Source: Octopus vulgaris
Taxonomy: Eukaryota
NCBI GenBank assembly: GCA_951406725.2
Contig: OX597816.1
Location: 155,000,001 to 155,064,000 of the forward strand
DNA length: 64,000 nucleotides
Reading direction: 5' to 3'
Shown here in pieces: positions 40,707 to 54,612 of this stretch (the first letter of the stretch is position 1; each line of letters starts with the position of its first letter). The position numbers and the translations under genes were made by a program. The notes under the pieces are model-generated. The model was given only the letters and a program-made list of their open reading frames with translations, was not told the origin of the DNA and ran no database searches.

Positions 40707-41973
40707 TAGGTCGTCAAGTATGAAATTTGTAGTAAATTATATGGTAAACTTTGACAACTGCTAATTTTGCGCCATTAGTATATTTTGACAATCTTTATTT
40801 TTTGTTAGAAAGCTGACACATCTATTTCTTTATCTTAACTCATTTTGCGCTTTATAAAGTATTTATAAATCGTTATTTTTTGTTGCTATTTCTGTTTAGA
40901 GATGGATAAGGTGGAAATATGAGTTTTTTCTTGGAAATACAGAATTACAGACAGCTTGAAATATTAATGAAGTATTTCAGTCTAATGTTATTACACAGCA
41001 GACACTATGAAATTGCTTTGCAAAATTTCGTTCTGATAACATTGACCTCACAAATGAGCAACGCGGTCGACCAGAAACAAAGGTAGATAATGACGAACTG
41101 AAAGCCACCGTCGAGTCAGATCCATCTGGTGAATTATCGTTGCTGTCTGGTGTTAGCAAGCAAAGAATATTGAGTCAACTAGTTCAAATCGGTGAAGTGA
41201 AAAATCGGATAAGTGGGTTACACATGAACTCAATGAATATCAGAAACAGCAATGTTTGGAAGCCTGCATTATGCTACTTTCTCATCACAAAAATTAATCA
41301 GTTTTTAATCGAATTGTAACGCGATGAGAAATGGATCCAATACAACAACTGTAAACGTTTATCACAATGGTTAGACAAAGACGAACCACCAAAACACGGT
41401 CCAAAAAGCAAAATTCATCAAAAGAAGCTGGTGGTGTGTGTTTAGTGGTCTGGCGCAATTGTGATCCATTATGATTTCATTAAACCTGGTTCATCAATCA
41501 CGGTCGAAGTATACTGCAGCCAACTGGACCAAATGATGCAGAAACTTACAAAAAAAATACCCAGCCTAGATTAGCCAACAGATCTACTCCTATATTATTG
41601 CAAGACAACGCCAGACAACACATCGCAAAAATGATGCTGGCGAAACTACAGGAGTTGGAGTCGGAAGTTCTCCATCATCCTCCATACTCACCTGATTTTG
41701 CCCCCACTGACTACTGCTTCTTCCAGAAATTGGATAACCTTTTGATAGGAAAAACAAAATATTTCCGACGATGCTGAAAAACAGGCCTTCCAAGATTTTA
41801 TTGACTCTAGATCGCCAGGCTTTTGCAGTTCCGGGCTGGACAAGCTACCGCTGATATGGCAAAAGTGTATTGACAATATGGGTGTATACTATGATGAAGA
41901 AAACTATTCCTTGTATTAGTAAAACATCAGCAAACTTTTCTACAAATTTTCTACAAATTTCATACTTGACGAC

Positions 41974-41977
<4 letters not shown>
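40706..41977 (+). mobile_element. Full-length mariner element with perfect 27-bp TIRs in (TA)n
   Basis: TTAGGTCGTCAAGTATGAAATTTGTAG / CTACAAATTTCATACTTGACGACCTAA, TA flanks, 1272 bp. Confidence 0.95.
40902..41919 (+). pseudogene. Mariner (DD34D) transposase pseudogene
   Basis: WVTHEL, DEKWIQY, LLQDNARQH, HHPPYSPDFAPTDYCFF, LPLIWQKCIDNMGVY; several stops and frameshifts. Confidence 0.9.
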
Positions 41978-42008
<31 letters not shown>

Positions 42009-42341
42009 CATAAGATCAACAAAAATGTACTCCATATGGTGAGAGATAAGTATTATTTAATAAACACAGTATATATTTTTATGAGTACTATTAGTTTCGT
42101 ACGATGAAAACAAGTCAGACAGCATTTTATAACTCGTCAGGTGCCTTCAGATAATCCTTGGCCTCTGCCCTCCTGGTAAAGAAAGCTGAATCAGGTCCTG
42201 TTTTAGCTTTTTATGCCATGTGGGCAGTCGTGGAGGATTGTGTGAAGGCACCACACACGGTATAAAATGCTATCTGAGTCATTTTCATCGCATGAAACAA
42301 TTAGTACCTCATGAAAATATATACTGCATTTATTAAATTGG

Positions 42342-42432
<91 letters not shown>

Positions 42433-42444
42433 CATACATATATA

Positions 42445-43040
42445 CGAGAAGGTACCCAAAATTAATTGGAAATATTCAGTGTGGGACAAGCCCGCTGTAG
42501 TTCACGCTTCCGTTGCTAGATGTGACCCTCAGTTATCAGTCTGTCGACCGGCGTCATCATTTCAAGTTCTACTACTATGTGTTGCGTCTTTGTTTTGCAG
42601 TACTTCTCTCCTGTTCGTCAATTTTTCGATGACTGAAACGGACGACCAGCGTACATCCCTGAAATTCTGTTTTCTCTCAAGGAAAACGGCGGCCGAAACG
42701 GTTTTCATGTCTCAAGCAGCTTACAAGGACGCTACTATGAGCAAAACACAAGTTTACGAGCGGCTTCCACGCTTTAGAAATGGTCCTTTTTCGCTTGAAA
42801 AACCAATCTCGTTCTGGACGACCGTGGACCTCCCGAGCGAATTAAACCAACATGAAAATTCATGAACTGAGATTGGAGGATCGTCACCGAACAATTGACA
42901 AAGTTGTTGATATGATTGGTGTGTTCTGGAGTTCTGGAGCCCTTGTCAACGAATTTTGACCGAGCAATTGCGAATGCAAAAAGTTGCGGCGAAATTTGTA
43001 ACTAGCTTGCTCATGGAAGATCAAAAGCAGTCACAACTGA
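42445..43040 (+). mobile_element. 5' half of a second mariner subfamily (pseudogene from ATG 42629)
   Basis: TA|CGAGAAGGTACCCAAAATTAATTGGAA left end; MTETDDQRTSLKFCFLSRKTAAETVFM..AYKDATMSKTQVYER..RFRNG; VAAKFV..LL..DQK. Confidence 0.85.
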
Positions 43041-46000
43041 ATCTTATCTCAATTTTCTCTCTTGTTTTATATGCGCACGTTCAGTTATGCAAATAGGAGA
43101 AAGCTTATAAATAACTTACAATGCTGTTTATTTATTCGTTCGAAGCTGGTGAATTGTTCTCTCACTAAGTTTCTTGCCATGTACATTCTTTAATACGCCT
43201 GTAAGACGATTAAGCCAGTAACATGTGGAATGCTATGTTAGTGATCGAAGTGATAAAATATACAACTAAATGCTTTGTATAAGGGGAAAAATTATATTAT
43301 TATTCCTACTCATCTATTGACAATAGCATATAGAAGCGACATATATTTTTGTGTAGTATCTTCAAGGATGTATGGACATGCTACATTCTTGGTTAAATGA
43401 TTATTGCATCATTTTTGATTCATTGCAATATATTTCAGCAACGTTTCAGCTCTTACAGGAATATAGTAACTCCATCTAGTCTTCAGTTTATATGCATTGA
43501 TGTAAGGATCTGGAGTTTATTCTAGCTCTAGATATATGAGTGAATGTGTTTGTTTATTTAACGATATTGTATGTATTTAACAGCGCATTTTCTATTGGTG
43601 TGAATATGCAAGTATAGAGAATTTAGCTTAGCAGGCTTATATAAAGAGATATAGGGTTTTATGATCTGCTACTCGCAAAACAATATTAACGCCACTAAAT
43701 CAAATCAAATCAGAGGGACTGCAGAAGATACAAAACAATATGTGTGTTTTGTGTTTATGTGTATATGTGTGTGTGTGTGTATCATTCATCATAAGGATTC
43801 CATTCTTGTTGAGGATAATACCTGTGTGTGGGATTCTTATTTAGGGAGGTTTTGTTGCATATACGTATGCTTATGTATACGTACACATGCATAAATATAT
43901 ATGTATCTATACATGTATTTATATATACCTTTATATGTATATATATATATATATATATGTATGTATATATGTATGCATGTATGTATGTAAGAATACATAT
44001 GTATGTATGTATACATGAATGTGTTATGCATGAACCTCATTAATCTCGAATATATGCCACATAATTACTTGGATCTTCACACATGCGATTGTTTTTAAGC
44101 ATTTCATTTTGTAGGTTTGACCTGTTGTTGCTATAATTCCATTCTGGTGGACGATGTGGATTATTTTTACCTCTATGTCTTAGGTTGTAATTTCATATTT
44201 AGAACGTGATGAATTCCTAACAATTTTACTTAAGTTTAGCTTCGTATAGAGGAGTTTATGATACTTATATGTGGTAGGGTAGTGTTTTCGTGTTAAAATC
44301 AATAAACAGCCTAGTGTATTCCATGATATAGCTATATGCTACAGGAGATTAAATCAAAAAATAACATGCATATGTTTCCATTTCAATACATGTGTCCGTG
44401 TGTCTGTGTTTTCACGTTTCTTTTGTGTGTCTCTTATGTTTTCCTTGTGACGAAATTAGCTTGTTTTCGCTGTAGGAAATCACAAACACCTCTTACTATA
44501 ATCAATTTAACACATTACATGCCTGTTTATATTCTTACAATAATAGAAAATGTGGTGCTAGATAAACAATATATCATTCTGAAAGGAAGAAGTCACTAGC
44601 ATCAAAGAAGCAATTGGGAGGGTAGATATAAATAGACAGAATATCAAATATATTATCCTAGTAACAGCAGTTAAATATCTAGAGAAAAAAAGAATGTGAC
44701 TCGAATGATAATATTTGCAACATAAAAAATGTAATAAATGGAACTGCAAAACCACTAATACTCCGTCTCCTCCCTTACACCATTACCTGGATTATGGCTG
44801 CCCACTCTCTTGCAAACATTCGAGCCAGATCTCTGATATGAAGATAAAGTAAAGCAAAAGTATGAAGATAACCTTCTTAACACAATCTCAGAAGCCCCGA
44901 AGATCATAATCCTTGTCATTCATACTTTGATTAAACTATAAACAATACGCCTTGAATAATAGTTTTAAAATACGTCTAAATTTAGAGGAAAACTGTTTAT
45001 TCAAAACTAAACATTTGGAAACAACCTGAGGCAAATTTATTGGATTATACAAGATAACATTTTAGAAGTAGATTGGGTACCAACTCAGGTAAAATTAGAA
45101 ACAATCTGGAAATGCATTTGCTAAAATGGAGCTACGTATAACAAAAATGATAGCTGATTAGAAGCAGATGTAGCAATAATAGAAATAGAAATACCATTTC
45201 CTGGAAGAATTAAAGTATCTTACCCAAGATGAGAGACTTGCTTGAATCTGTTTCAGAAGAAGGAACAGTCCTATAATCATTATGGCTTCTGATTAAGAGA
45301 GATGTCAGTGATTTTGAGGGGAAGGAGTTATTCAATTCCATCAACTCCATTATTTTACTGGTATTTTAATATTACCGACCTCAGAGGGATAAAAACCAAA
45401 AATTCTGCTAATCAACCGCCCTAGTCCCATATTCAATATAAACGTCCATATCCTAAGAGTTTGATGGTTGTTATTTAACTTACTGCAATACCGAGCAATG
45501 TTCGCGTTTCACACCTTTCTAAATAATGTAGACAAACTAACAAAATAGGTACATACTATTGAGACAATAATGCTTCTCAAGAAAGACAAACAGATGGCAT
45601 ACCTATCTAAACGTCCACCATTTTTCGACCGGTAATTTGTATACTGTTCTCAAAAATATTATCCTGTAGGGATAATGTAATTGCTGTAATGCAGAAGTAG
45701 CGTATATCCAAGTTCCAAGTAAAATTCGACTAGTTCTTTCTTAACAAGGTATTTCTCTGAGAAGAAACTATGGTTAGATCAAATACATTAATTAATATCC
45801 TCGTGGATGGTTTATTAGTATGCTGGAAATGCAACAGCTTAATTAAAACAATGGCGAGCCTTATTAAAACAAAAATAAAGTAATGGTACTCAGTTGTAAT
45901 GTTATCCATCAATACCATAACTAGAAGTTCCTGCCTACAAGAATATCTAGCAAGATATTCCATATATTTGAAGGAAACAGTACTTGTTGAGTTGGCTAAT

Positions 46001-48295
46001 AAAGAAGATAAATTTTAGATATTATAGAAGAAAAGATACTCCATGTTTATGAACTATCTTCTCTTGATGAATTGTTTGCTACAGTTTGTTTCCCTGAAAT
46101 AAACTGAAAGGAAGAGTAATGAAGGGTAATGTAGAATTGGAGTTAGACAATGCTGATTTCTACAAATACAGAGATAAAAGTAAAATTATATGTGTGGTAG
46201 AGTCTGTGCAATGAACATCCTGAAAGAATAACAGTATTTTAAAAAAACTTCTCAATGATGTATGAGTCATTAACATCATTGTTGCACCATCTGTATTATG
46301 ACTCTGTATTACTGGACTGGAACACAAAATACCAAGTTACCAGAAGTTGCTATACGAGAAATCTATTTGAAAATATAACACACTACGCACTATATCTTAT
46401 ATCCAACGATTTTATCTTGAGAAGAAACGACGGTAGGGGGACTATTGAAAGTCCTGGATCACTGTAAGAAATAAATTGTTTTCCTACGATATTTCCCATC
46501 TTTCCTCGGGGAATGATCAGTTTACTATCACCAACATTTAGGTATTCCCGACTCATACATCTCTCTAATTTTCTGTAGCCATGCAATGCCCAACTTGCGA
46601 GCTCTTGCACTGACCACTTCATTCTTCCCTTTCCTTTCCCCTAAAGAATCACCATTTTCCCCTTGCCCATATTTTTCCTGCAGTCGTCAACAACAATTAA
46701 AGTTTGTCAACAGTATCAATTAAACTGGTCCAGGCACAAGAAACTAAATTTGATTTTGAATTGCTAAAGCATTAACCTGATGCATCTACAAACCAGGTAT
46801 ACCGATGGCTCATAATTTAATCTTTGTGAATAACCATAAAATCATTCAATCCTCTGCTTGAAATTATTCCCCGAACTGGGTATTCTATAAATCAAGAAAC
46901 TGTATCTCTTGTTTGGATGAAGAAATCCAACCGCAATAACGCAAAATTCAAACTATCATTATAGAGACGCAGACTATTACTACTTGTTATTTTATTTTGT
47001 AAGTGATATCCGAATATCCCCATCAAGTATAGATAAATGTCGCCTGTATGATATATTTTTCGAAAATATATACTACATTGTATCAGGATATCGTTCACTA
47101 GCTCTGATAAAATATGGTTGGAGATACAGCAACGTATCAATGCTACTCTATATACATCTAGCCATCCAATTTAAACACCTTTAATAGAAGTCTCTTGTGC
47201 TCATAAGAATCTCCCGCTGTCTCAGAAAATGTATAGATGTTAGATATTAGAGTGATTGTGTAATATATGATGTTTACAATACTCCTGGCATTACAGTCCA
47301 CAGAATTGTGAAAATAAAAGACTTATTGCAAATGAGTTAATAGCATATATGATATATTGTTATTTAAATGAGTGGAAAATACTCTAGAAGTGGTGCTCTA
47401 GAAGATCCTTGACGTCTAAACTTTGCTGATGCGGTCGTAATGAGAAAGTCTCCTCCTTAGAGATTTCTCCCAGATCTGATGAAATAATTCCAACGACGAT
47501 GTAAATATGACAGATGTCAACTTTATGACGCTAACTGGCAATGCCGATTCAACAGTATACGGTGAAGCAAAACTAGACAGTCTTTTATGGATAACACAAC
47601 TTTATTATACAGTTTCAGCTATGTACGTTCTGAGTTTAAATCCTGCCGAAGACAATTTTGTCTGTCATCTTTTCGAGATCGATAAAATAGAGTACCAATT
47701 AACTACAGATTGTACTTGTGTCGACTGAACCCTCAACTCAACACTCAAGGCAATATGCCTAAATTAGAAAACATAATTTTTTAAGCAGTTCTAAATTATA
47801 GTGGTAAATGTACAGATATTTTAAATTTAAACTAGTAGATTAGCTATGGAGTATATAATTATATAAAATGTAAAGAATTACTTGAGAAAGATAGTTCAAA
47901 ATGATAAAAGTAAACTCAATAAGAGAATTTTCCAGTTGTTAACAAACTAAGAGAAATTATTGGCAAATTTTAAAAAATCAAGTAGTACGAATGGGAATAT
48001 ATATAAACATGCGTTACAGTAAGCATAACCTAATACCATATGGAAAAAATGTTACCAGTAAAATTAGTTCATGGTAAATCCAAGATGTTGAAGTATCGAT
48101 CGAAATATATTTATAAAGCGTAATAATGTGATACGAGAAAATCTTGGTAAAGTAAATGAATATTGGAGCATACAAGTGTTTTCAATAATATTTATAGAAC
48201 TGTAGAGACATATGACTATGTACAGATATGCACGTACAGAAACACAGAACTGCGCACACATTTACATGCTAAAATACATCTAACAAATTTTGTAA

Positions 48296-48382
<87 letters not shown>

Positions 48383-48432
48383 ATATCTATCTAGCTAGCT
48401 AGCTATATCTGCATATAAACAAACTCATACAC

Positions 48433-48470
<38 letters not shown>

Positions 48471-48519
48471 ATATAGCCTGGGGCTATAGTAGAAGACACT
48501 TGCCCTAAGTGCCACTGTA

Positions 48520-49190
48520 TGGCACCTCCAGCAAGTGTCTTCTACTATAATCTAGGGCAGACCAAAACCTTATGGGAGGGGGTTTGATAGATGGAAACTG
48601 AAAGAAGTCCATCGTGTATATATATATATATATCACGCGCCTAGGTGACGCTAAATTTCGAAACCGGTACCGAGTTGACCAGCATTTACTTGTTCTGACC
48701 CATTTGAGGTAAGACATTATTATTGTTCACTGATATTTTTTCCTATCTTTTCTGAAATAGATTTGTGACTATTCGGTGGTACAGAAGTATTTTTTTACTT
48801 CTATCATTGGCGATATAGGTACTCACGTAGTACCGTTGTATATATATGTACATATATAATATTGTATGTATATATTTTATTAATTTGCCTGTACGGCTAA
48901 TAATTCACTTACCACTTGTGATGGTATTTTAATAATACCATCCCTATATTTATATATATATATATACATGCGTGTGTGTGACCTGTGTGTGTGTGTGTGT
49001 CACCACTGCTTAACAATCAGTGTTGATGTGTTTATGTCTTTGTAGCTTAGCTATTCGACAAAAGTGATCAGTAAAATAAGTGCCAGATTTAAAATCTGTA
49101 TTGAGGTCGATTCCTTCGACAAAAAATTTCTTCAAAGCGATGCTCCAGCATGGTCGCAGTCTAAAGGCTGAAATAAGTAACAGATAACAG
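48520..49190 (+). mobile_element. CORE-type SINE family A interrupted in its internal microsatellite by a ~320-bp insert (48634-48950)
   Basis: CORE at 48520-48616; resumes at ~48980 (CACCACTGCTTAACAATCAGTGTTGATGTGTTTATGTC) and ends with tail GATGCTCCAGCATGGTCGCAGTCTAAAGGCTGAAA. Confidence 0.7.
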
Positions 49191-49845
49191 ATAGAGTATT
49201 TTTCGATTACTTTCGGATGAAGAAACAGATGTAATTATTCTTACACACTTGCATACACTCATACATACATATAGACATGCATACATACGTACATACATAC
49301 ATACATACATACATACATACATAATACATACATACATACATACATACACGCACGCACACACATTTATTTGTACAAACATAGATAGATAGATACATACATA
49401 TATATATATATGCGAAAAGAGACCAAAAGAGGATGAGGGAGAGAGAGAGAGAGAGAGAGAATCTCCGTGGTAAAGTAGAGAATAACAGGTTGATTAATAG
49501 CTTACAACAAAGGAACTTTTAGATATCCTAGTGAAATCAAGAACTATTATATGCATTACTAATCAATATATTTAATCAGCTAAATGAAGAGGTTTATAAT
49601 TATTTTGAAACAAAATTAATATTCTAGTTTTACTTCGTCTCAAATAAAATATATTTTGTACGTATATGTTGAAGAATCTTGTGTAAACATATCGTTATGA
49701 TACCAGACAACGAGGTGAACCGTTGGCTGTTCGTGCCCTGTCACTGGAGTTGCCCTCACTGTGGTTGTATTCAATATGTGACTCAGTCACCTTAAGGCGT
49801 CCGAGATATCTCAGTCTATATAGATTTTAATATCTAGTATTGCGT

Positions 49846-50042
49846 AAGGCGGCGAGCAGGTAGAACCGTTATCACGACGAGCAAAATGCTTAGTGATATT
49901 TCGTTCTGACTTCAAATTCCGCCAAGGTCGATTTTACCTTTTATTCTGTCGAGATCGATAAAACTGGTTGAGCACTTGGGTCAATGCAATCGACCTAGCC
50001 CGTCACCCAGCTTGCTAGCCTTGTGCAAAAATTTTAAACCAA
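49846..50042 (+). mobile_element. SINE family B, tail type 1
   Basis: AAGGCGGCGAGCAGGTAGAACCGTTA...TTCAAATTCCGCCAAGGTCGA...GCCTTGTGC. Confidence 0.75.
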
Positions 50043-51197
50043 TAGGTTTAAGAAAACGTTGCTATGAATTATAGAACTCCGTGTAAAGTTAAAGTACCTT
50101 TCTTTAACCAGCTACAGTAAACTCAACAGACAATTATATTACTATGGCCCTTGATGTTGCAATGAAAGCAAAATGCTCAACAGTACAACTATGTACCACT
50201 TGTTCGTTGAGTTCATGAAATTATTGTCTGAGTAAGAGTACACATTATTTCATTTAATTAAATATACTGAATATGATTATTGATGAGAAAATATAATTGT
50301 AGCAATATGGTTATTTAATGGTTATTTATGCGGTTAAAAAAAAAAGGACAGATAATTTTTCTTAGCACATTCATTCTGCATTAAAAATACATTTGTTCCA
50401 GCTAAAGTTAAATTACACAGACCTCCGGTTATTAAGCTAAATTTATCGAAAGACACAGAAATGGCCAATAGAATTTTAAACTATATTTTAGAAATTAATT
50501 TCATGCTTGTAAGTACATAGTGCCACCCCTCTCTGAACTATTTACTACTCATGAGGAATATTTGAGTTGATATGACATAAAGTTTCTCAAGATCTACAGA
50601 ATAATCATACACTAAGCAGTGCAGCAAAGTTCTAACTCTTCGATACTTCAGCATCAATGCAATTTCTAGTAGCTGAAGCATTCTTCATCACTTTACATGA
50701 ATCAATATCCCTCTCTCTTAAATACATAGAGCTTTAGATTAAAGCAGCGCTGTTTGCCTACATTTGGGATCGACTAACAGATATACAACCTAGAATTGAT
50801 CTTCTACGAGATTAAGCGCTTTTGTTATCACAACACTCCGCCTACATAACGAGATATGGTCAAGAGGTCCTATATCTTAATACTCTGACATTGTATCTCC
50901 TAAGCCAAGGAAACATACAATACTATCCTTTTAAATATTTGGCGAAATTTCATCAAAGATAAGTTACAGGCAGTGATTAAAAGTAGATTTTATGCTTAAC
51001 TCATTATGTCTTGTTTTTACAAACTTTTTCCTATTTGTCGTAAATCATTTGTTGTGAATTTCAATCGGGAACGAGAAGGAACCAATGCAGACTTTTCACT
51101 AACTAGAAATAGCAGCAAGATTTTCTTTAAATTTGGTCATGTTGTTTTAGCACAACATGTCTAACAGACATGAAGACAAACTATATATTGTATGTGC

Positions 51198-51228
<31 letters not shown>

Positions 51229-51332
51229 AATCTTATTTTCACGTTCTTCTTCATCGTTTTCTTTTATTCTCTCTTCTTTTAGTCTTTGTTTCTTTGGTCC
51301 GATGTTACTCTTCTGTCGTATTACTCTCTTAG

Positions 51333-51385
<53 letters not shown>

Positions 51386-51666
51386 AATGACGCAGTGTTT
51401 GTATGTGTTCTTGTTCTAGGGTACGCACTTGACAGTCTTTTCTTTTCCAACGCTCCTAGTCAAAAGCTAACATGTAAATCAAGCCAGTTGTATGGATTCA
51501 ACAAATCATGTGTACTAGCTATTAGTATCACCACTTTTATAGACCACTCTATCTATATCTCTTGTCCAGGATTCTGCTGTCCGAGTAACCGACTGCGTGT
51601 CGGGGCACTCTATAATAACATGCTGCTGGATCGCCTTAGATATATGTATCTCTCTCTCTCTCTCGC

Positions 51667-51699
<33 letters not shown>

Positions 51700-51701
<2 letters not shown>

Positions 51702-51860
51702 GGAAAGTTTACGAAAATAAACAAAAGACAAGGACAGGTGGTGTACAAAACAAAACAGATGTATTAGTATAACGCTCAGGAATAGATAAAGTCTTTTACG
51801 TTTCGAGCCTACGCTCTTCTACAGAAAGGGACACAGAAAAAAAAACAAGGAGAGAAAATA
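51700..51860 (-). mobile_element. Second copy of the hammerhead-bearing (TA)n-flanked repeat
   Basis: Minus strand 51832-51791: GTCCCTTT-CTGTAGA-A-GAGC-GTAG-GCTC-GAAA-CG-TA-AAAGAC. Confidence 0.7.
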
Positions 51861-51896
51861 TATGTATATGTGTGTGCGTGCGTGCGCGTGTGTGTA

Positions 51897-53137
51897 CAAT
51901 GTGCGATGGTTAAATTATCGCCATGTTATATTTTTAATTTCGCGCATGCACATTGTTTTTGATTTTGTTGATTACACACTATAGTAGAGTCAGTTGGGCA
52001 CCGACTGTGAGAAGAACAGCATCATGACACAATTTGCTCGGCCGGAAACTTGGAAACGGCATACTGTACTGCTTGGCATTTTCACAAAAGCTCCTGTACA
52101 AACCTTTCAGAGTGTTTGGGTGTAAATCTAAGGACAGTGCAGAAGATCCAGAAAGTGTTGGATGAATCTAATGGTGATTACGAAGATAAGGCAGCTCTGA
52201 AAACTCTTATCGTTCTGGTAAGAAAAGAACTCCTGAATTTGTTCGTGAGATCAAGGCCATGATTGACAACGATTACTCCATGTCAATTAGGTCCATCACC
52301 AGGACATGGGAGTGTCTGAGTTTCTTAATAGGCAGGTAGTGCATGAAGACATTCAGTACTCCTCATATAAGATGAAAAAGGGCCAATTTTGAACAAATTT
52401 ATACATCTCCAACCGAACATGCACTGGGTTTTCTCAGACGAGAAACAATTCTGCCAGGATCAAATGGTGAACACACAGAACAACCGTTGGCTTGCTGTGT
52501 CCCCAAAACATGTACCGAGAGTTATAAACATCAACCATCCAGCCAACATCATGATGTTTAGAGTGATCACTAGTGACGGCGATGTTATGCCTCCATTCAT
52601 CCATCTTCCCACACGGCCTCAGGCTCAACATGGAGGCCTACATCAAGTGCCCAGAGAAGGTAATGCTGGCTTTGTTCAAAGGGTGGTTGCTTGAAGACCC
52701 TATGTCTGGCAACAGGATTCTGCACCATGCCACACAAGCAAGAAAACCCAGTCATGGCTGTTAGACAATTTCTGCGACCACATCGCTCCTAGCAACTGGC
52801 CACCTAACTCCCCAGACTGTAACCCACTTCATTATCATGTGTGAGATGCAGTTGAGCGAGACCAACGAAACTCGTTGTAACATCAAAGATTAATGGAGGG
52901 CAAGGATTATGGTAGCATTCATCAACTTAAACAAAGAGATCGTCTAGAAGAGTTCCAGGAGATTCCGAAGTCGTCTGGAGGCCGTGGTTGAAGCCAATGG
53001 CGATTTTATAGAATAAATTTACTTTTTAGTATTTCCAGATATTTTTATGTAAGTTCGGTAAATATATATGTTAAAACGAGATGTCACTGTTATTTTCATT
53101 TTAACGTAATTTAGGCGAGTTTATTCACCACACCCTG
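51897..53137 (+). mobile_element. DD37D (maT-type) Tc1/mariner-superfamily element with transposase pseudogene (~52024-53016)
   Basis: FSDEKQFCQDQMVNTQNNRW; WQQDSAPCH...WPPNSPDCNPL(H)Y with exactly 37 residues between the second D and the (mutated) third catalytic position; CAGGGTG-type TIR at the right end. Confidence 0.85.
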
Positions 53138-53182
53138 TGTGTGTACACGTGCACATATATATACACACACGCACACCCACAC

Positions 53183-53283
<101 letters not shown>

Positions 53284-53475
53284 ATAATTATTATTAGCGA
53301 ATATTACTTCCAAGTACACGGGAAAAAGACACTAGTGATCACTCTAAACATCATGATGTTGGCTGGATGTTTGATGTTTATAACTCTCGGTACATGTTTT
53401 GGGAAATGAACATCTCTCAATGTTTAATTCGTATATATAAAAGTATATATAAAAGTAATTTTAGAGACCTAAAAT

Positions 53476-53508
<33 letters not shown>

Positions 53509-53514
53509 CGCATA

Positions 53515-54047
53515 CCGGGTGCAGTGAATATAGTGTCGTTTAAATTACGGAAAAATGAAAATAACAGAAATTGACTGACAGCCATGTTCTCCTGCTTGTG
53601 TGGCATAATGCAGGGTCCTGTTGCCAAACATAGGGTCTTCCAGCAGCAACCCTCTAGACCAAGGACAGCATTAACCCATCCTGTATGCCTCCGTGTCGAG
53701 TCTGAGGCCGTGTGGAAGGATGAATGGAGGCATAACTTCGCCTTGACTAGTGATCACTCCAAACAGCATGATGTTTGATTTTATCACTATCAGTACATGT
53801 CCTCTGATTGTACTGCCCCCAGATTGACAGCCTAAGGCTCTGAAATGTTCGTATGGAAGCCTCCAGTGCGGATGCCAAGCAGTACAGTACGTCGTTTCCA
53901 AAATTCTGGCAGAGTGAATTGCGTCATGGTGCTTTTTTACTCACACATAGTGCTACTGTAATATGTAATTGATCAAATCAAAAACAAACCAAGTGCATGT
54001 GCGCAAGTAAAAATATAAAATGGCAACAATTTACCCATCGCACCCTA
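53515..54047 (-). mobile_element. Internally deleted inverted copy of the DD37D family
   Basis: Both termini plus fragments METTYCTAW, IMLFGVITSQGEVMPPFI and WQQDPALCH. Confidence 0.8.
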
Positions 54048-54425
54048 TATATATATATATATATGAAATTGCATGTGAGTATGCGAGTATGGCTGCCTCT
54101 GCTGTATGTGCTAATGAGCGTGAGTGAGCATATTTATGGCTGTTTATACATCTATCACAAACAAAAAAGAGAAGGTCCAACACGTTAAAATGGCACATCA
54201 TTTTCCACCATAGAAAGACTTGATTTCAGTTTAGCCGATCAGACCAGAAAAATCGTTATAAAATATAATACTCAATGGCAGCGCCGTTCGCAACATCTAT
54301 GCTTCTGCTACTTGAGAATATGACAGTATCTTAATGACAAGGAGGAAATTTTGGCACACTTATATCCCTGATGATTATGCTAAATGCATGAAGTTCATTG
54401 TGTAGCCATAATATTTTACAAAATC

Positions 54426-54612
54426 AGGCGACGAGCTGGCAGAGTCGTTAGCATGCCGGGCGAAATGCTTTCGTCTCCCGCTACGTTGTGTGTTCAAATT
54501 CCGCCGAGGTCGACTGAAAGGGTCGATGAAATGCAAAGTACCAGTCATGCACTGGGGTCAATGTAACGGACTTATCCCCCGAAATTTTCAAGGCCCTGTG
54601 CCTACAGTAGAA
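54426..54612 (+). mobile_element. SINE family B, tail type 1
   Basis: AGGCGACGAGCTGGCAGAGTCGTTAGCATGCCGGGCGAAATGC...GTTCAAATTCCGCCGAGGTCGAC...GGCCCTGTGCCTACAGTAGAAA. Confidence 0.8.

Noticed and set aside
44550-47260. Purine-skewed stretches that may be ancient LINE relics (also ~19900-20560)
   Set aside because: No diagnostic motif recoverable by eye.
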